NCBI GenBank assembly: GCA_035084275.1
Contig: CM068756.1
Location: 1,364,001-1,428,000 of the forward strand
Length of the DNA: 64,000 bases
Reading direction: 5' to 3'
Origin: Hydrolagus colliei
Lineage: Eukaryota
Shown: one piece after another, positions 39,746 to 52,375 of the stretch
Layout of the letters: the number at the start of each line of letters is the position of its first letter
Position numbering within the stretch: the first letter of the stretch is position 1
Program-made: the position numbers and the translations under genes
Notes under the pieces: model-generated
Databases searched by the model: none
Seen by the model: only the letters and a program-made list of their open reading frames with translations
Told to the model about the DNA's origin: nothing

Positions 39746-40988
39746 ACACTTGAACTTTGGGATTTAAATGATTTGTCAGCTGTAGTCTTACAGGTGGGTG
39801 TGGGAAGCGGCAAACATAAGCAGGATGCTCCATTCTAACTCAGAGCTATTACAGCTGAAAATGGATCTCATGTTCCAACATCTCCAAGCGACAAACACAA
39901 AGAAGCCGTTGAAATCATTTTACGTGAGAAAAGTTTTGACTTCAAGATCCTCAATCTTGTGTTCAAATCACTTCACTCTTCTGCACCCCACTACCTCTCT
40001 AACCTTCTCTCTCCTCACAGCAGTACCCGCCGCCTCTGGTCAACTGGGTCTGGCCTCCCCCTTGTCCCCCAAATCCTCCGTTCCACCGTCAGTGGCTACG
40101 CTTCAAGCCACTATACCCCAAAGCTCTGGAATTCCCCTCCCTCACTCCTTTCGTCTTGCCCCCTCCTTTCCCATTTTCAGGTCGCGCCTGAATAATTTTC
40201 CGTTCAACTGCGCCTTTCGTCACCAATTCCCCCTTCCCCTGGCTCAGCTCCGGGCTCAGCTCCGGGCTCCGCTTTGTTAAGTCTGGTGTGGAGAGTGCTA
40301 TATAAATACAAATTGTTGTTGTTGAGAAAAAATAAGGTTCTAATGCTTTTAATTCAAAAATAAGTTTCCAATTAAAGTTCCCGCTACCAAAGTGGCACAC
40401 TATTTAACGGTATTAACCTTCTGGTATAATGAACAAGAGTCCAGTTTTTTTCCACAGGAGCAAGATTTCGCAGAGACTCTGCCTTTGGACATACACATCG
40501 GGGTCTAATCTGCGATGTTTACAAACCGCTTTGGAAATGGTAATTCGGACATTCTCAGCTTTGCCAAATCACAATTGAACCGTTCGTTACATAGTGTTGA
40601 AAACTGGATGGCTGATGATATTTGTTACCGGAAATCAGTCTTTCAAATCTAGTGTGTGATTATCCCAAATTAACCCCTCCCCTGGTCACGAGCACATGTG
40701 TGGAGCAAGGCACACTTGTTGGGGGGGTAATAACTATCTCTCTAGCCTCACCTAAATAGGTCAATGGGGCTCCACATTACAAGAAGCCTTTAGGTGGTGT
40801 GAACTGTTGGTGTTTGCCGGCAGCTGCAGTGTTGGGAGGCGCTCGGATGACAGCCAGGCTGTTTACGAACCAATTCCAAGTATGTGCGATTTCACAAGGG
40901 GTGGGGAAGGAGAGAGATTGTCAATGAGCTCAGCTGTGGGTGTATCAGGAGGGCCACACTTGAACTTTGGGATTTAAATGATTTGTCA
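39746..40988 (+). repeat. Exact 33-bp direct repeat (39746-39778 and 40956-40988)
   Basis: acacttgaactttgggatttaaatgatttgtca occurs twice, 1210 bp apart. Confidence 0.9.
39936..40323 (+). mobile_element. L2 LINE 3' end (degenerate ORF2 C-terminus + tail)
   Basis: DFKILNLVFKSLHSSAPHYLSNLL...SHYTPKLWNS matches the L2 motif DFKILLLTYKALHGLAP.YL..AP.LWN.LP. It ends gctatataaatacaaattgttgttgttg. Confidence 0.8.
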
Positions 40989-41596
40989 ACGTTTCCCAAT
41001 TGAGCTGGTATTGATTCAAGCAAGGGGAGACAGGAAACGAAGCAGATGAAATCTGTCGAGCAATTGCGTGAAAGGCACATCTTCAAATAGGTTAATGTTG
41101 AGCTGTGCATGTGTGATCACTGCTAAAGCAGCGTAAAATAACTGATAGTACTTTTGTGTCACTGCTTCCTCACTGATATTACCGTGGGGTGGGATCCTCA
41201 ACACTGCCCGAAGGGAAGTCTCACTGCACCTTTTCGAACGCCAGCAACAAATCTCACACACTGCTCATTCCCCTTTCCCGTGCCAAAAGCAAATGTCAGA
41301 TAACAGCATCGGTCTGGAGATTATGTTCTCATCTAAACCCACCTCTCCTCTGGGGGAACTCTGCCTCCACCAATTTCGTGGCGAGCTTTCACCCAGTCAC
41401 ACATTTTAACACTCAGCTACGTCTCTGGGCAACTGGAGGTACACGAGAGTGTGGCGCAGAGAGATTTATTTCAAAGTACGATGATCATCCCTCTCTCTCT
41501 CTTATCTGAGAGTTCACGAAAACCAAAAAATGAATGAGCTAAAGCATTGCCGTTCTTGCCGTTGGGTCCGCTCCACGCCCGTCGCTCGCCTCTTAC

Positions 41597-42093
41597 CTTG
41601 TACAGCTTGAGGCTGGCCTCGTGCCTGGAGTTGACCGTGTGCAGCCGAAGCTTCTCGATGCTGTTGGTGTAGTAGTCGCAAGCGTTGCACTTCAAATGCA
41701 CCGGGTTCCCAATGGCCACGCACTTGAGGCGCCACTCGTTGGCCTTCCCGCCTTCCTTGATGTGCGCCACCAGCTGGTACTTCTGCACGTGCTTGTCTGT
41801 CTTGCAGTGCAGCTGGAAGTTGGCTTTGAGCTGAGTGTTGTAGCGGCACAGCTTGCACTGGTACGAGTCGCCGATGACTGCCTTCCACTCCTCCTCGGGT
41901 AGGCTGCGCTCGGTGTTCATGTGCAGCCCCAGCGTCTCCAGGTTGTCCGTGGTGAAGCGGTTGCAGACGGCGCATTGAAAGAGCTTCAAGGAAGGGTCGT
42001 TGGTGGCGGTGAAGGTTTCGCCCAAGTTCATGAGCTCTTCGGACACCAGCTGCCCGCTTCCCAGGCGCATGTCGAGAGGGATCTCGCCCCCCA
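41597..42093 (-). CDS. ZFHX3: ZFHX3 second coding exon (human exon 3 equivalent), 497 nt, (V)[11 protein letters not shown]...HEASLKLYK, three zinc-finger motifs
   Basis: The acceptor is ctttcctgcag|TG and the donor is AAG|gtaaga. The phase-1 start joins the G of the previous exon to form GTG (Val). The peptide is nearly identical to mammalian ZFHX3 ([43 protein letters not shown]). Confidence 0.97.
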
Positions 42094-42109
42094 CTGCAGG
42101 AAAGGCAAT

Positions 42110-42171
42110 GACAACAACAGTTTACACATGTATCGTGCCTTTCACGTCGGGAGGACGTCCCAAGGGGCTGA
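42110..42171 (-). mobile_element. L2 LINE terminal tail abutting the ZFHX3 exon acceptor
   Basis: acaacaacagtttacacatgtatcgtgcctttcacgtcgggaggacgtcccaaggggctga. Confidence 0.8.
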
Positions 42172-42177
42172 ATAGAA

Positions 42178-42345
42178 ACAATCCTAGCATTTGATTGAGC
42201 ACCTTATCACGTCATTGACGCATCTCCGAGGTGCTTCACAGAATACACAGGAGTGACTGTGTATTTTTCTGGGCGAAATGCGGCTACCAATTGTGCACAG
42301 CAGTGTCGCTTAGTCAGTCGCTGATTGAGTGACCAAATTCTTTAT
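42178..42345 (-). mobile_element. Diverged SINE 3' half
   Basis: aatcctagcatttgatt..ccttatcacgtc..gggcgaaatgcggctaccaattgtgcacagcagtgtc is the reverse complement of the SINE. Confidence 0.75.
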
Positions 42346-43207
42346 TTGCTAAAAACAGAGGGTGGGGTGGGGGATGCGAGGAAACCCAAATATTCAGCAA
42401 TGGCTGCAGACAGGAGTTGTGGCAGAGAGGAGGTAGTGGCGGCTTCATCTCATAGAGTGATCTGAATTCCTGTTCTATCACTAACATTTAGTACCACGAT
42501 GCTATTAAAAACACAGATATCACATCTTCCTAACAATATCTGGGGGCACAATCTACAGATAAGGGGGAAAGGGAGTTATATAAAGTAAATGGCACATCCG
42601 TAGTTAAATTAACCCACAACATTGACAGCTACATACTCAGCTGGTTTGTGGTTGGTAGGTTGTGTATATTAGCTTTAGGCTCACTCCCCACAGAACAAGA
42701 TGGTCAAAGCTCATTTTACTTGTGATAAGCTCCAAGGCTTGCAGGGACAGTGATTCCTATCAACTAATGGCAGAATCTACAGGCAGATTAGATTAAAATG
42801 TTGCCCTCCTCGCGCTGTAAACCTAAACAGTCACCAGTGCACGAAGCTACATGTTATAAACATGGCTAATCAAGCTAAAAATTACTTTCACTTGTGACTC
42901 CTGCGTTAACAGTTTTTGCATAAAACCTATTTCAGGGTGAATCTTTAAGATCCATTGTTCCTTTTAATTGATGGCAGGGCCAAGGGATATTGCAGTGGTG
43001 CCTATATTGGTGGCAATTCACAAAGGGGTTCATTGTAGATAGGCAGCCTGTGGTGGAATTATACAATTAGCCAGGGCTCAATCGATAGCTCCTGTCATGA
43101 ATGATTCCCAATTTTTTCATTTTCCTCCATGCTGTCTTTTTTTTGGTCAGCCGGGTATCTGACGTGTGCGGAAATCAAACACCATGCTGAAGTTCTACAT
43201 ATGAAGC

Positions 43208-43513
43208 GGAGGGCTGCAGCTCTGGGCTAGAGAACTCGTCTTGCGAGTGAGAGACCTGGATTCTATACCGGGCAGGGCGAAACCTTGGGCAAGTTTCTTT
43301 ACTCCACGCGCCTAATAATAATCCCTCCAAAGAAAAACAATACAAAATTGGTCATTTCGATCCATGCCTTTTGCGCGCAACTGGCTGCCGCTTTTCGCCC
43401 ACATATATACAGTCACCTCACTTTAAAGTACATTCTGTGAAGTGCTTTGAGATGTCTAGAAGACGTGAAAAGGGCTATATCAAATGCAAGGATTATTATT
43501 ATTATTATTATTA
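43208..43513 (+). mobile_element. Near full-length copy of the same tRNA-SINE (degenerate head, small internal deletion)
   Basis: gggcgaaaccttgggcaagtttc...cgcctaataataatccctccaaa...atcaaatgcaaggattattatt aligns with 26484-26798. Confidence 0.88.
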
Positions 43514-46064
43514 TATATCTGCCCCTTGCACATGTAGGTTTCCCTGTGCTTATAATGTGTGCCTTCTTTCCATTTGTGGGGAGTATTAGGCGCTGGTTGG
43601 CGAGAGCCAAGGCTGGGGGGAAACCCTGGATTGCACTTTCGGGGGGACTACTGGAGTTTAACCAGAGCTATAACTACATAGCTTACCAATGAGTGTAGTA
43701 CCTGGCAAAGTTTCCCGCTGGTTGTCTAGCTCGGACCACCCTACCTATCTGAATTTACTTTTTACTCCTGTGTTACTGAGGTTGAAAACATTTCCTGTAG
43801 CTAACAAATGAACGGCAACTAAAAAACGCTCGCGTGTCTGAATGTGGAAATGTACCTTGAGCAACTCTGCACACAATGCGGCTGAAACGTGGATCCGATT
43901 CGAAACAGGAGGTGGATAAACAGGACAAAATGTGTTTGTAGTCCGAGAAAGTAAACTGGACAGATTGGCAAGTCGAAAGGAACCGTGTTCAAAAAAAAAA
44001 AATATTATAGAAAGATGCAGGGAGCTGTTTCAAATACACGTCGTGAGACTTGTGTTGGGTTTCAGCAATGGCAGGGAAGTCGAGCTAATTATCCCATTAC
44101 TGCGTCAATACATCCATTTAACAGAGCAGTGTCAGTGGCAGTGCCATGGTGATCTCATCAGTGGAAGGTGAAAACCTCTGTGCTGCAGAGATCTGTCTAA
44201 TGCCTCTTACTACACAATCTTTAATACATCATTGACCAGACAAAACCAAGAGCTGACCTTGTCCAACTTACAGTAAATTAATAACAACAAGATCTTTATT
44301 TATAGCGTAAAAGCTTGACAAATGTGAATGTTAGCTGGAAAGTTCTCGGTGTTCAGGCCTTTACATGAAACTGTTATTTTTAGGCCAATGTATAGTTTTC
44401 TATTCTTTTAATATAAAACTTAATTTAAAAAAATTCCCGCTTTGTGTGAGTCTCTCTCTTGCCTCTCCCACCTGCCTCTTCACCCAAACCCCGAACCCCC
44501 CACCCACCCACCCCCACCAAACTACATCTCCAGTGCCATGCAGTGCCCCACCTTGTGGGCTAGCTAAGAACTAGCTAAAGCCAAACAAGAGCAAGTGTTA
44601 AAAAAAATTAGGATTCAAACCCACCTTATAACTTATGATAAGTTATCGAACCCCAACAAAAATAACTCAAATTCGCCATTCAAACTGAGATTAAAAAGAA
44701 AGACTTTGCTCACTGATCTCTTCTCAGCAGAGAAGGAAGCGTGCGATTCTACTGGAGAATAAGCCGCCTTAAAGTTGCCTTGCCATTGGGATCGCAAGCC
44801 ACAAAATTTGTGTTCCTGATCCAAGCAGAAGGCTTGAAACGACAGAGTAAAAGGTGATTCTCTTTCTTTCAAATAAACAGCTCTTCCCTCCTCCATCTCC
44901 CCACGTCTGGAGCATTTGACCAATTTCTCCCTTCGCCACCCACCCCCACCCCCAATCGTGTTCTAATGACCGTCTTCCACAGCAAGGTGAGAAAGTGTGG
45001 GGGGGGGGGGGGCGCACTGGCAAAATTTGGTTTGTGAGCTTGCCTCCTCCGGGCAAGCGTGAGAGAGCTAACCACGTTCTGCTGCCAAAAGATTGACTCT
45101 CCAAAAAGGCATTGTTGTGCAAATTCCTGCCAACACCTTTTGCTGCCAGCCCTTCACTACAGCACGAGTTCTCTGGCTCGTCTCTCTGGTACTGATTTCT
45201 CCAGTGACAGGACTTGCTGCCTATAGGATCGGATCGGCGTAGACTATGCTGCTCCCATTTGAATTTGACTTAAAATAAAACTTTTTCCAGTCCTCCACTC
45301 GACACAACATTTTGACTTTAATTCCCCCTAAGTGTGCTTTACATGAAGCGTGATAGTTGAGGTCCTGTCATCAGGCAGAAAGCAAGCATTGAGGCTAATG
45401 TTTGGATGACTCTGGAGGTGTCGGAGAAACTCAATAAAAAGTGTCACTGTGTTCAGTTTTGGCTCTCGCGCTAGTCTCCTGATTAAAATGCATTCACATT
45501 TGTTATTCAGCTGCTAGTTTTCTTGAGCTCTTAGCCAAATTAGCTAATGGATTTGTGTATGCGACCTTGGGCGATTCGTTCTTAAAATTCTGCAGTAGGC
45601 AGTGCAATTTAGTGACAGTTACGCACCCTGCCCCCCCACTTCTACCCTCCCTGCGACCTGTTCAGGTTCACATTGTCATGGCCAGATGCTTGCTCACAAG
45701 GCAGGAAAACTTGGGTGGATTTCAGCCATGGGCTGAACATCTCCTGGTGGCTGGCTCAGAACAACAATGCCAGATGCCTCGGAGCAGGTCAGCCATCTGC
45801 TTCCTTGACCATAGTTGATGTGCAGCCCAATTAGAAATATTACATCTATAGAATTAAAGGAGAGGCTTTCCCTCAGTGGCCTGGAGGGTAAAGACAGTCA
45901 CCCAAGTAGCACTCAAGCAAACACACCAGAAAGCAACAAGCTCATTGGGTTCATGCTTCAGGCTGACACTAAGCCACCAAAGTCCTTGTCTATCTGTACA
46001 GGTGGATGCCAAAGATCCCAAGAAAAAGAGTTTCTCTGGGAGTCATACCAAATGAACCTCCAGA

Positions 46065-46232
46065 TGAATTGGTCATTCACCTCATGGCTTTTTGTGGGAC
46101 CTTGCTGTGTGCAAATTTGCCAACACATTTGCCTACATAAAACAAGCCACTGAACCTGACCGTATCATTACCTGTGAAGCGTTTTGAGACATTTCCATAG
46201 GCGCTAAATCAAATGCAAAGGTTGTAATAATG
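46065..46232 (+). mobile_element. Diverged SINE / Deu-SINE-like 3' half
   Basis: ttggtcatt..ttgtgggaccttgctgtgtgcaaatttg..gtgaagcgttttgagac..gcgctaaatcaaatgcaaagg. Confidence 0.7.
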
Positions 46233-47065
46233 GTAATCAAAAATTTATATAAAAAGTAATAAACATTATTATATCCATGCTAAGGGCAGCTGATTGATCT
46301 CAGGAGGGCTGTCACCGTTTGCCTCAAGTGCCGAGAGTGTTTCCGCTCCCAAATACAATACAAAATTACATTTGTAAAGTGCCTTTCACACCGGGAAGAT
46401 TTCCCTTACTAGTCAGTGACTTGTGTAGACAAGAGCGATCTTAAATGCTGTGCGTCCAACCCTTTCCTTCCCTCCCGCCCCCCTCCAACCCCACCACCCA
46501 CCCCCCTGCAACCAATAGTTAAATAACCTGCCCAAATAACTCACCATCTAGACTAACACTTGAAGAATGGCCACTTCGACGAGATACCAGAGGGTGAGCG
46601 GTGCCTGTGGAACCATAACCCAGCAAAGAGTCGGGACCTTCAGGAGAGGGGAGAAAAGGGGAAAAAATTGGCAAACCCAAAAGGTATCAAAGCTAATGTA
46701 TATCCATTTTAGGCCAGTGTTTTAGCCCTTTTTTCTTACAGCTTGGCTGTGAAACTGTCCTCCGCAGCCCCCATCAAAAATTTTCAATCAGCCGAATGAA
46801 CGATGTGGCAGAAGGAAAGAGTTCACACACTGGCTGACGGGCTGAAGCAATGCGTTTGCAGACAATGGAGGTCTACTGTTACGGGAGGGTTGTATGGAGA
46901 AACATTTACGACATAAATTTGATTGAAATTTTGTGAAACCTTGTCAGTCCCTGCATTAAGCACAGGATGAATGTATTGCATTTCCAGAAGGGCAAGGCAG
47001 CCTCAGCACACACCGCAAAGAGAAAGGCCAAGAAGGGGGGTGGTGGGGACAACGACGGTGAGATG

Positions 47066-47089
47066 GAGAGAGATAGACAGACAGAGAGG

Positions 47090-47121
<32 letters not shown>
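47066..47121 (+). repeat. (GA)n microsatellite
   Basis: Seen directly in the sequence. Confidence 0.9.
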
Positions 47122-48550
47122 CGGAGTGAAAGACAGTGACTGACAGACGGGCAACGAAAGGGAGAGTGATAGAGAGACAACTCCAATGGCAGGTTACTAC
47201 AGCTTTCCACGCCTAAATGGCGAGACTAAACACAGGCAGGTTTATTTGCTGGTGTATTTTGACACAGCAGTATTTACACATAGCAGGTTGTCTAGAAATC
47301 TCAAATATCTGCGGCATTCCCAAGCATTTTAAATATTTGGATACGGTATATTTCTGAGATATTTACATTCTGGTCTGAAGGTACGTAGCTTCTACCTGTA
47401 TTGTTTGATTCGCTTGGTTTCTATGAAAGTTGCAAGATTTATGGGTTCAACCACTGACACAATAACACGGACACGCAATCCCAGTTTAGAATCAATTTGG
47501 GATTCTGAAATTGAGATCCTGAAGGAAGACGTGCCGGGGAAAGGAGTTCTGCACAAAGGGACGGGTGTCTTGGGGTATAAGCAATAAAACCTGTAGGAAC
47601 CTCAAGAACTTTCCGCCTAAGTTCCCAACCCATACCTTGGTGAGTATGAAAGCCTGAGTTTTAAGCTATTCACTGGAGCTTTGTTGTCTTCAGTACTTGA
47701 AGTACTTTGATTTTTTATTCCTACAAGTGCAGTGATCAAGAGATAAAGAGGGCATTTGAGGCATCTAAGCACACATGTTGTAGTTTTTCTAGCTGACATA
47801 TTGTACGGGCTGACCAACAAAGCTTCTTCCCAGATCAAGTGCCCTTTAGCTTTGACATCTGTGTATTCTTCTCTCTATAATCACATGTGGTCAAGAGCTC
47901 CTGCTTTAAGATGTGCTTTTTAAAAAAAAAACATGTACTGCATTGTTCAGGCAATGAGATACTATTTTCATTCCATATATGGACATAACAGAATGTGCTC
48001 GCTGTTTAAAGTCTTAACAGCTGTTTTCCTTACACCCACTTGCTAGAAAAAAACTGTGTGCTTAAAATAACAAATGTTCCCTTCATAACCGCAATACTGC
48101 TAATCAACAGGAGACTCAAATGAACCAACCAGAATGGCTCTTGCAGTCACTTGGCAAGTTAAGTGTGCCTTGGCATCACCGACTCCCTGCCTCATTTCAT
48201 TTATTCCTATTTTCTGACCTATTCTGAGCTGAACAAAACGCGTTTTGTTATTTCTGTTTCAAGCCCCGGTTGCGCTGCGAGACATTTGGCTGGTCCTGAC
48301 CAATGGGAGGGAAAAAAATCCAGCCGGCTTTCCTTTCATGTGCATCCTTTACGTAGATTTTACGTGCACAGATTTTTTTTCCCCCCCCATCTCCTCGCCC
48401 ATCATAGCATAGATTCTGATGTATAGGCTCATAGGCAACTCCGGATGCCTCTGTAGATGCTCTATGCTCTATTGCACTAATGCAACAGTTTGAATGGCCT
48501 CTTTATTGTGATGTAGATTTCGAGAATTTCTAAGCAGTAGGGGGAGCTAA

Positions 48551-48762
48551 ATACAATACAATACAAATGACACTTGTATGGCACCTTTCACGTCGGGAGG
48601 ACGTCCCAAGGCGCTGGACTGTCAGGGATTTGGTCCCGAGCTGCGGGGTCGGGATTGAGGAGGGTGGAGAACAGAGAGTGTAGGAGGGTGGCCAGAGGCT
48701 CGGTCGAAGAGGAGGGTTTTGAAGGAGGCAAGAGACGGAGCGAGGCAAAGGGAATTGTGGGA
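48551..48762 (-). mobile_element. L2 LINE 3' end
   Basis: gcacctttcacgtcgggaggacgtcccaaggcgctg...ggtcgaagaggagggttttgaag..gcaaagggaattgtggga. Confidence 0.78.
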
Positions 48763-50436
48763 TAGAATTACATAGGGTGGGGTTACAAAGACAGGTTGAT
48801 ATGGGGTAGAAGGGTCAACAAATGTTTTACTCCTTCCAAGAAATATAGCTATGTCTTTGAGCAAAAATATTTTTATCTTTTTCTTCCAATTGACCTGATC
48901 ACTGACAATAACTGGGCACTCAAATAACAGTTTGCAAGTTCCATTCCAATAAATGTGCTGTAAGGAAGGTGCAAATGATGCATCAATCTAGCACAATAAG
49001 GTATATCAATGGAAATCCAAGCGAGATTGGGACTGGACTCAACTTGCATGTTCCTGTGCCAATGTTATTGCTTTTGACTCAACACCCCCTCCCCTCCCCC
49101 CACATGATCAAGATGATTAAGGAATTGGATAACACATGAAAACAGTCTGAATGTGGCTTCTGCCAAGACTTCAGCTGGTAACCACAGACATGCAAGAGAA
49201 GACAATAAACTTGCTGTTTCTGAGAGGGTTTGACAACTGTAGGCATAACATAGCCTGAGAGACTGCTTAAGGGATCGGTTCCAGTGAACTGGGAACAACA
49301 TTATTTTGAGGGCTTTACTGGCATTACAGATCTTTGAATGCAAGCGTTCTAATTCATGTCGGAATTAAACAGATGGTGAAAAATTTGTTGCAGGAATCAA
49401 TTTTTAATTGTTGTGAAACGCTGATGGTTAAACAAGACTGTGCGACCCAACAAAAAAATTTACCTCCCCAACATATCAGGCAGTCTGCTCCAGGTGTGTG
49501 TACCATACAGTATAATTAACTCTTTGAGACTTGGCCAAAACAGCAAAATTTATTGCTGCAATTCAGAACGCCACTGAAAAAGCTGCCAAAAGTTTCAATC
49601 ATTAGCCTGACAAAGCATATGTACAGTGGAGTAAATCACTGTAATGCCATTGCTCTTTTTAAAAAAATAAAAAACACACTTTTGTACGCTGGCATTGAAC
49701 TGTTAAGAGAGCACAAGATCTTTGCTGTACTGAAGCAATATAAAATTGATATTTATAAAGTCGGAACATTTCACTTATTAGTCTGATTGTAATCTAGGCG
49801 CCATGATGTTTTTGTGTACAATGCAAGCCATTATGGGGATTTCAACATTATTTTTTAATTCAGGCACCAACCAATCTAAATTTCTAAGCCCTCCTCTCCC
49901 ACCTTTTATTCAGTTTTTGGCGTGTTTCCATCATTACCACAGGGGAGCCAACAATTCTGACAAGCGCTATTGGCCCTCGCTCGCCAGGGCTTCGTGTAAC
50001 AAGTGCAAGGGACAGTATAGTTCCACTACCTACATTACTGAGAGAGCAACTGTCCAGGCTACTCCAGTTCAGACTATATGAGCTTGTGACAGATGTCATA
50101 CAATTCAACACAATGTGTGAGAAATATGCCAGGGCACTCTGATAATTTTTAATCACTTTGCAGATTACATTTAATATATTATAATGTACTTTGGCAGAAA
50201 TCCAAGTCCAATATTCTTGCAAGAACACGTTACTGTTAATAATGCAGGAATATGACTTTTTTTCTTTTTGTTGAGAGCTACTGTATAAAAACTGAAAATG
50301 GGCTGCCAAGAGCAGGAAAAAAATATTTTTTAAAACTTGGAAATGTGTTTTTTGACCTTTTCTGCAATGTGGTGCACGAGGGCAAAGGGAAGGTGGGTTA
50401 GTGATGTTCTGTGTTGCATGTCCTTCACAAGCTGGA

Positions 50437-50506
50437 TCTAGAATTTTAACGCACAGAAGGAGGCCATTCAGTCCACCATGGCTGTGCCAGTTCTTTGAAA
50501 GAGCTA
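50437..50506 (-). mobile_element. CR1 3'UTR fragment
   Basis: gcacagaaggaggccattcagtcca..tgtgccagttctttgaaagagc is the reverse complement of the CR1 3'UTR at 23834-23900. Confidence 0.75.
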
Positions 50507-52124
50507 CCAACAAGTCTTACAGGAGACTAAGATTTGTCTGAAAGTCTGTTCCAAGGTCTAACCTCCATCATTTAGAGTCAAGAGTATGGACCTATTCCAC
50601 ACAGTTATATTGCTGGGACAAACACGCAGTGCATCAGAGGGCTTTCAGTGTCGCTTTAAATATAAAATTCACGCATTTACGAACTTCTTTGAAGAAAAGT
50701 TCTGCCGCCTTCATTGCAAGAAATGGCAACGTCTGCGGATATGCAACTTTCACGTGACCCAGCTCGGTCGTTCCTGACCACTGTGCAAGGACGTATTCCT
50801 GCTGAAACCCGGGTGCTGTGGCCCTGGCAAAGAACTGGGCTGTGATTGCTGGCCAACTGGCAGCATATTTCATGGGTGTATTATTCTGAACACCAAAAAC
50901 AAAACCTAATGTAATACAGTAGTGGCTTCATTAGAAAGAAGGGCAGCATCAAAAGTGATTAGCCCAAGATAAAGCTCAAGATTGCTCAGACGAACAAATA
51001 TTCTACGCTCCAAAAACCTCGCGGGCCCCTCCAGCTGGATTCTTTGTTGTTTAATATTTATTAAACATGGGTGTAAACGTTTCGCTATTCATCTCCATCG
51101 CACGATACAGCTGCGATATGTGGACCTTATTGTGGTATACGTTAGGAATCCATTTTATTTGCTGTTCATTGCAAAGCAATGGGCAAGGAGGGCCAGACTT
51201 CAAACAAGAAGCCTTTGGGATTGATTGCCAACAAGGTTGACCAGCTCTCAGCCAAGGTGCTGGATCAAACAAAGAGTTACGGTGTTCCATATTGGTGTGG
51301 GAGGGAGAGAGAGGTAACGGGTCAAGTTTGTCCAGTCACCAAGCAAGAATGTAACTGTGGACACATCCATGGCTTAGCCCCTTCTCTTACGACATCCTGC
51401 ACGTGCCTTCAGGCAGCAAGGACAGCAGTTTAATGACTTGAAGTCAACACACGGCCCTATTTGCTCTGTGACTGCATAACTCGACTAAAAAAGCCCACAC
51501 AGCAGAGTGCTATAAACCTCGCGTACAGACCTCCCATCTTGTACAGTCGGTGCAGTGAGCTTCTGAATCAGAAGCCACAAATGTAAATGTTCCATTAGAT
51601 GAAATTGCACACAGTGTACTATGAAATAATTTTCCAGCAAATATTTACACACCTCAACTGCCATATTGAGGTATTTACTCTCTGTGCCCCTGTGTTTCAT
51701 TGTTTGTAACAGTTTTTTTTAAAAAACCATACTGAAAAAAGGCTGGTCTTCCCTTACAGTGAGACATTGTAAAATATTGGCAAAGAATGAATGGTATGAT
51801 TAATAAGTGGTCAGTTTCTTTATAGGTGGATAATAAAAATCTGTGCTTTGACAAAAATTGACACAAGCACTTTCACTTGTCTTTTACGTAGGCAGGACCC
51901 GAACTGGCATTGGATTTGGAAGAAGTGTTGAGTTTGCAGCAGACAATGTAGCAGAACTTTGAGATTTATTTGGGGTCGCCAGGCATTATCCACAAGACCA
52001 ATTTGTTCAGAATAACTTTTAAAAATAAACCAAGCTCTAATAAAGAGGGGCTTCCAGCATGAAGATAACGGAGAGATATGCAGTCTTTCCTCTGCAGACA
52101 CTTTACTGCACTGAGACTCACCAC

Positions 52125-52375
52125 AATACAACAACAAGACCACAAAAATTACATTTATAGAGCGCCTTTCATGTTGGGAGGACATCCCAAGGTGCTGAAC
52201 AGTCAAGGGTCAGGATCCGAGCATAGGGTGGGTGAGGGGGGAACACGGTTGGGATGAGAGAGGGCAGAGAGGGTAGGAGAATGGCTGAAGGCACAGTGGA
52301 AAAGGGAAGTCTTGAGACTGGCCTTGAAGAAGGCGAGGGAGGGAGCAAGGCAAAGGGCTTGTGGGACGGAGGAAT
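52125..52375 (-). mobile_element. L2 LINE 3' end
   Basis: caacaac..attacatttatagagcgcctttcatgttgggaggacatcccaaggtgctgaacag...gtcttgagactggccttgaag is the reverse complement of 53605-53836. Confidence 0.8.

Larger units (their letters stand above)
1..41596 (-). other. ZFHX3: ZFHX3 long intron (>41.5 kb) downstream of the 497-nt exon
   Basis: The donor is gtaaga at 41596. The expected next exon (HLQQHE...CVLCNYSTKAKLNLIQH in mammals) was not found in the ORF track or by eye. Confidence 0.75.

Noticed and set aside
41471-41596. ORF tail [13 protein letters not shown]…
   Set aside because: It is intronic read-through after the AAG|gtaaga donor.
49884-50513. 209-aa minus-strand ORF
   Set aside because: It has a non-ATG start inside a CR1 3'UTR fragment, no domain and no similarity to ZFHX3, so it is likely a chance ORF.
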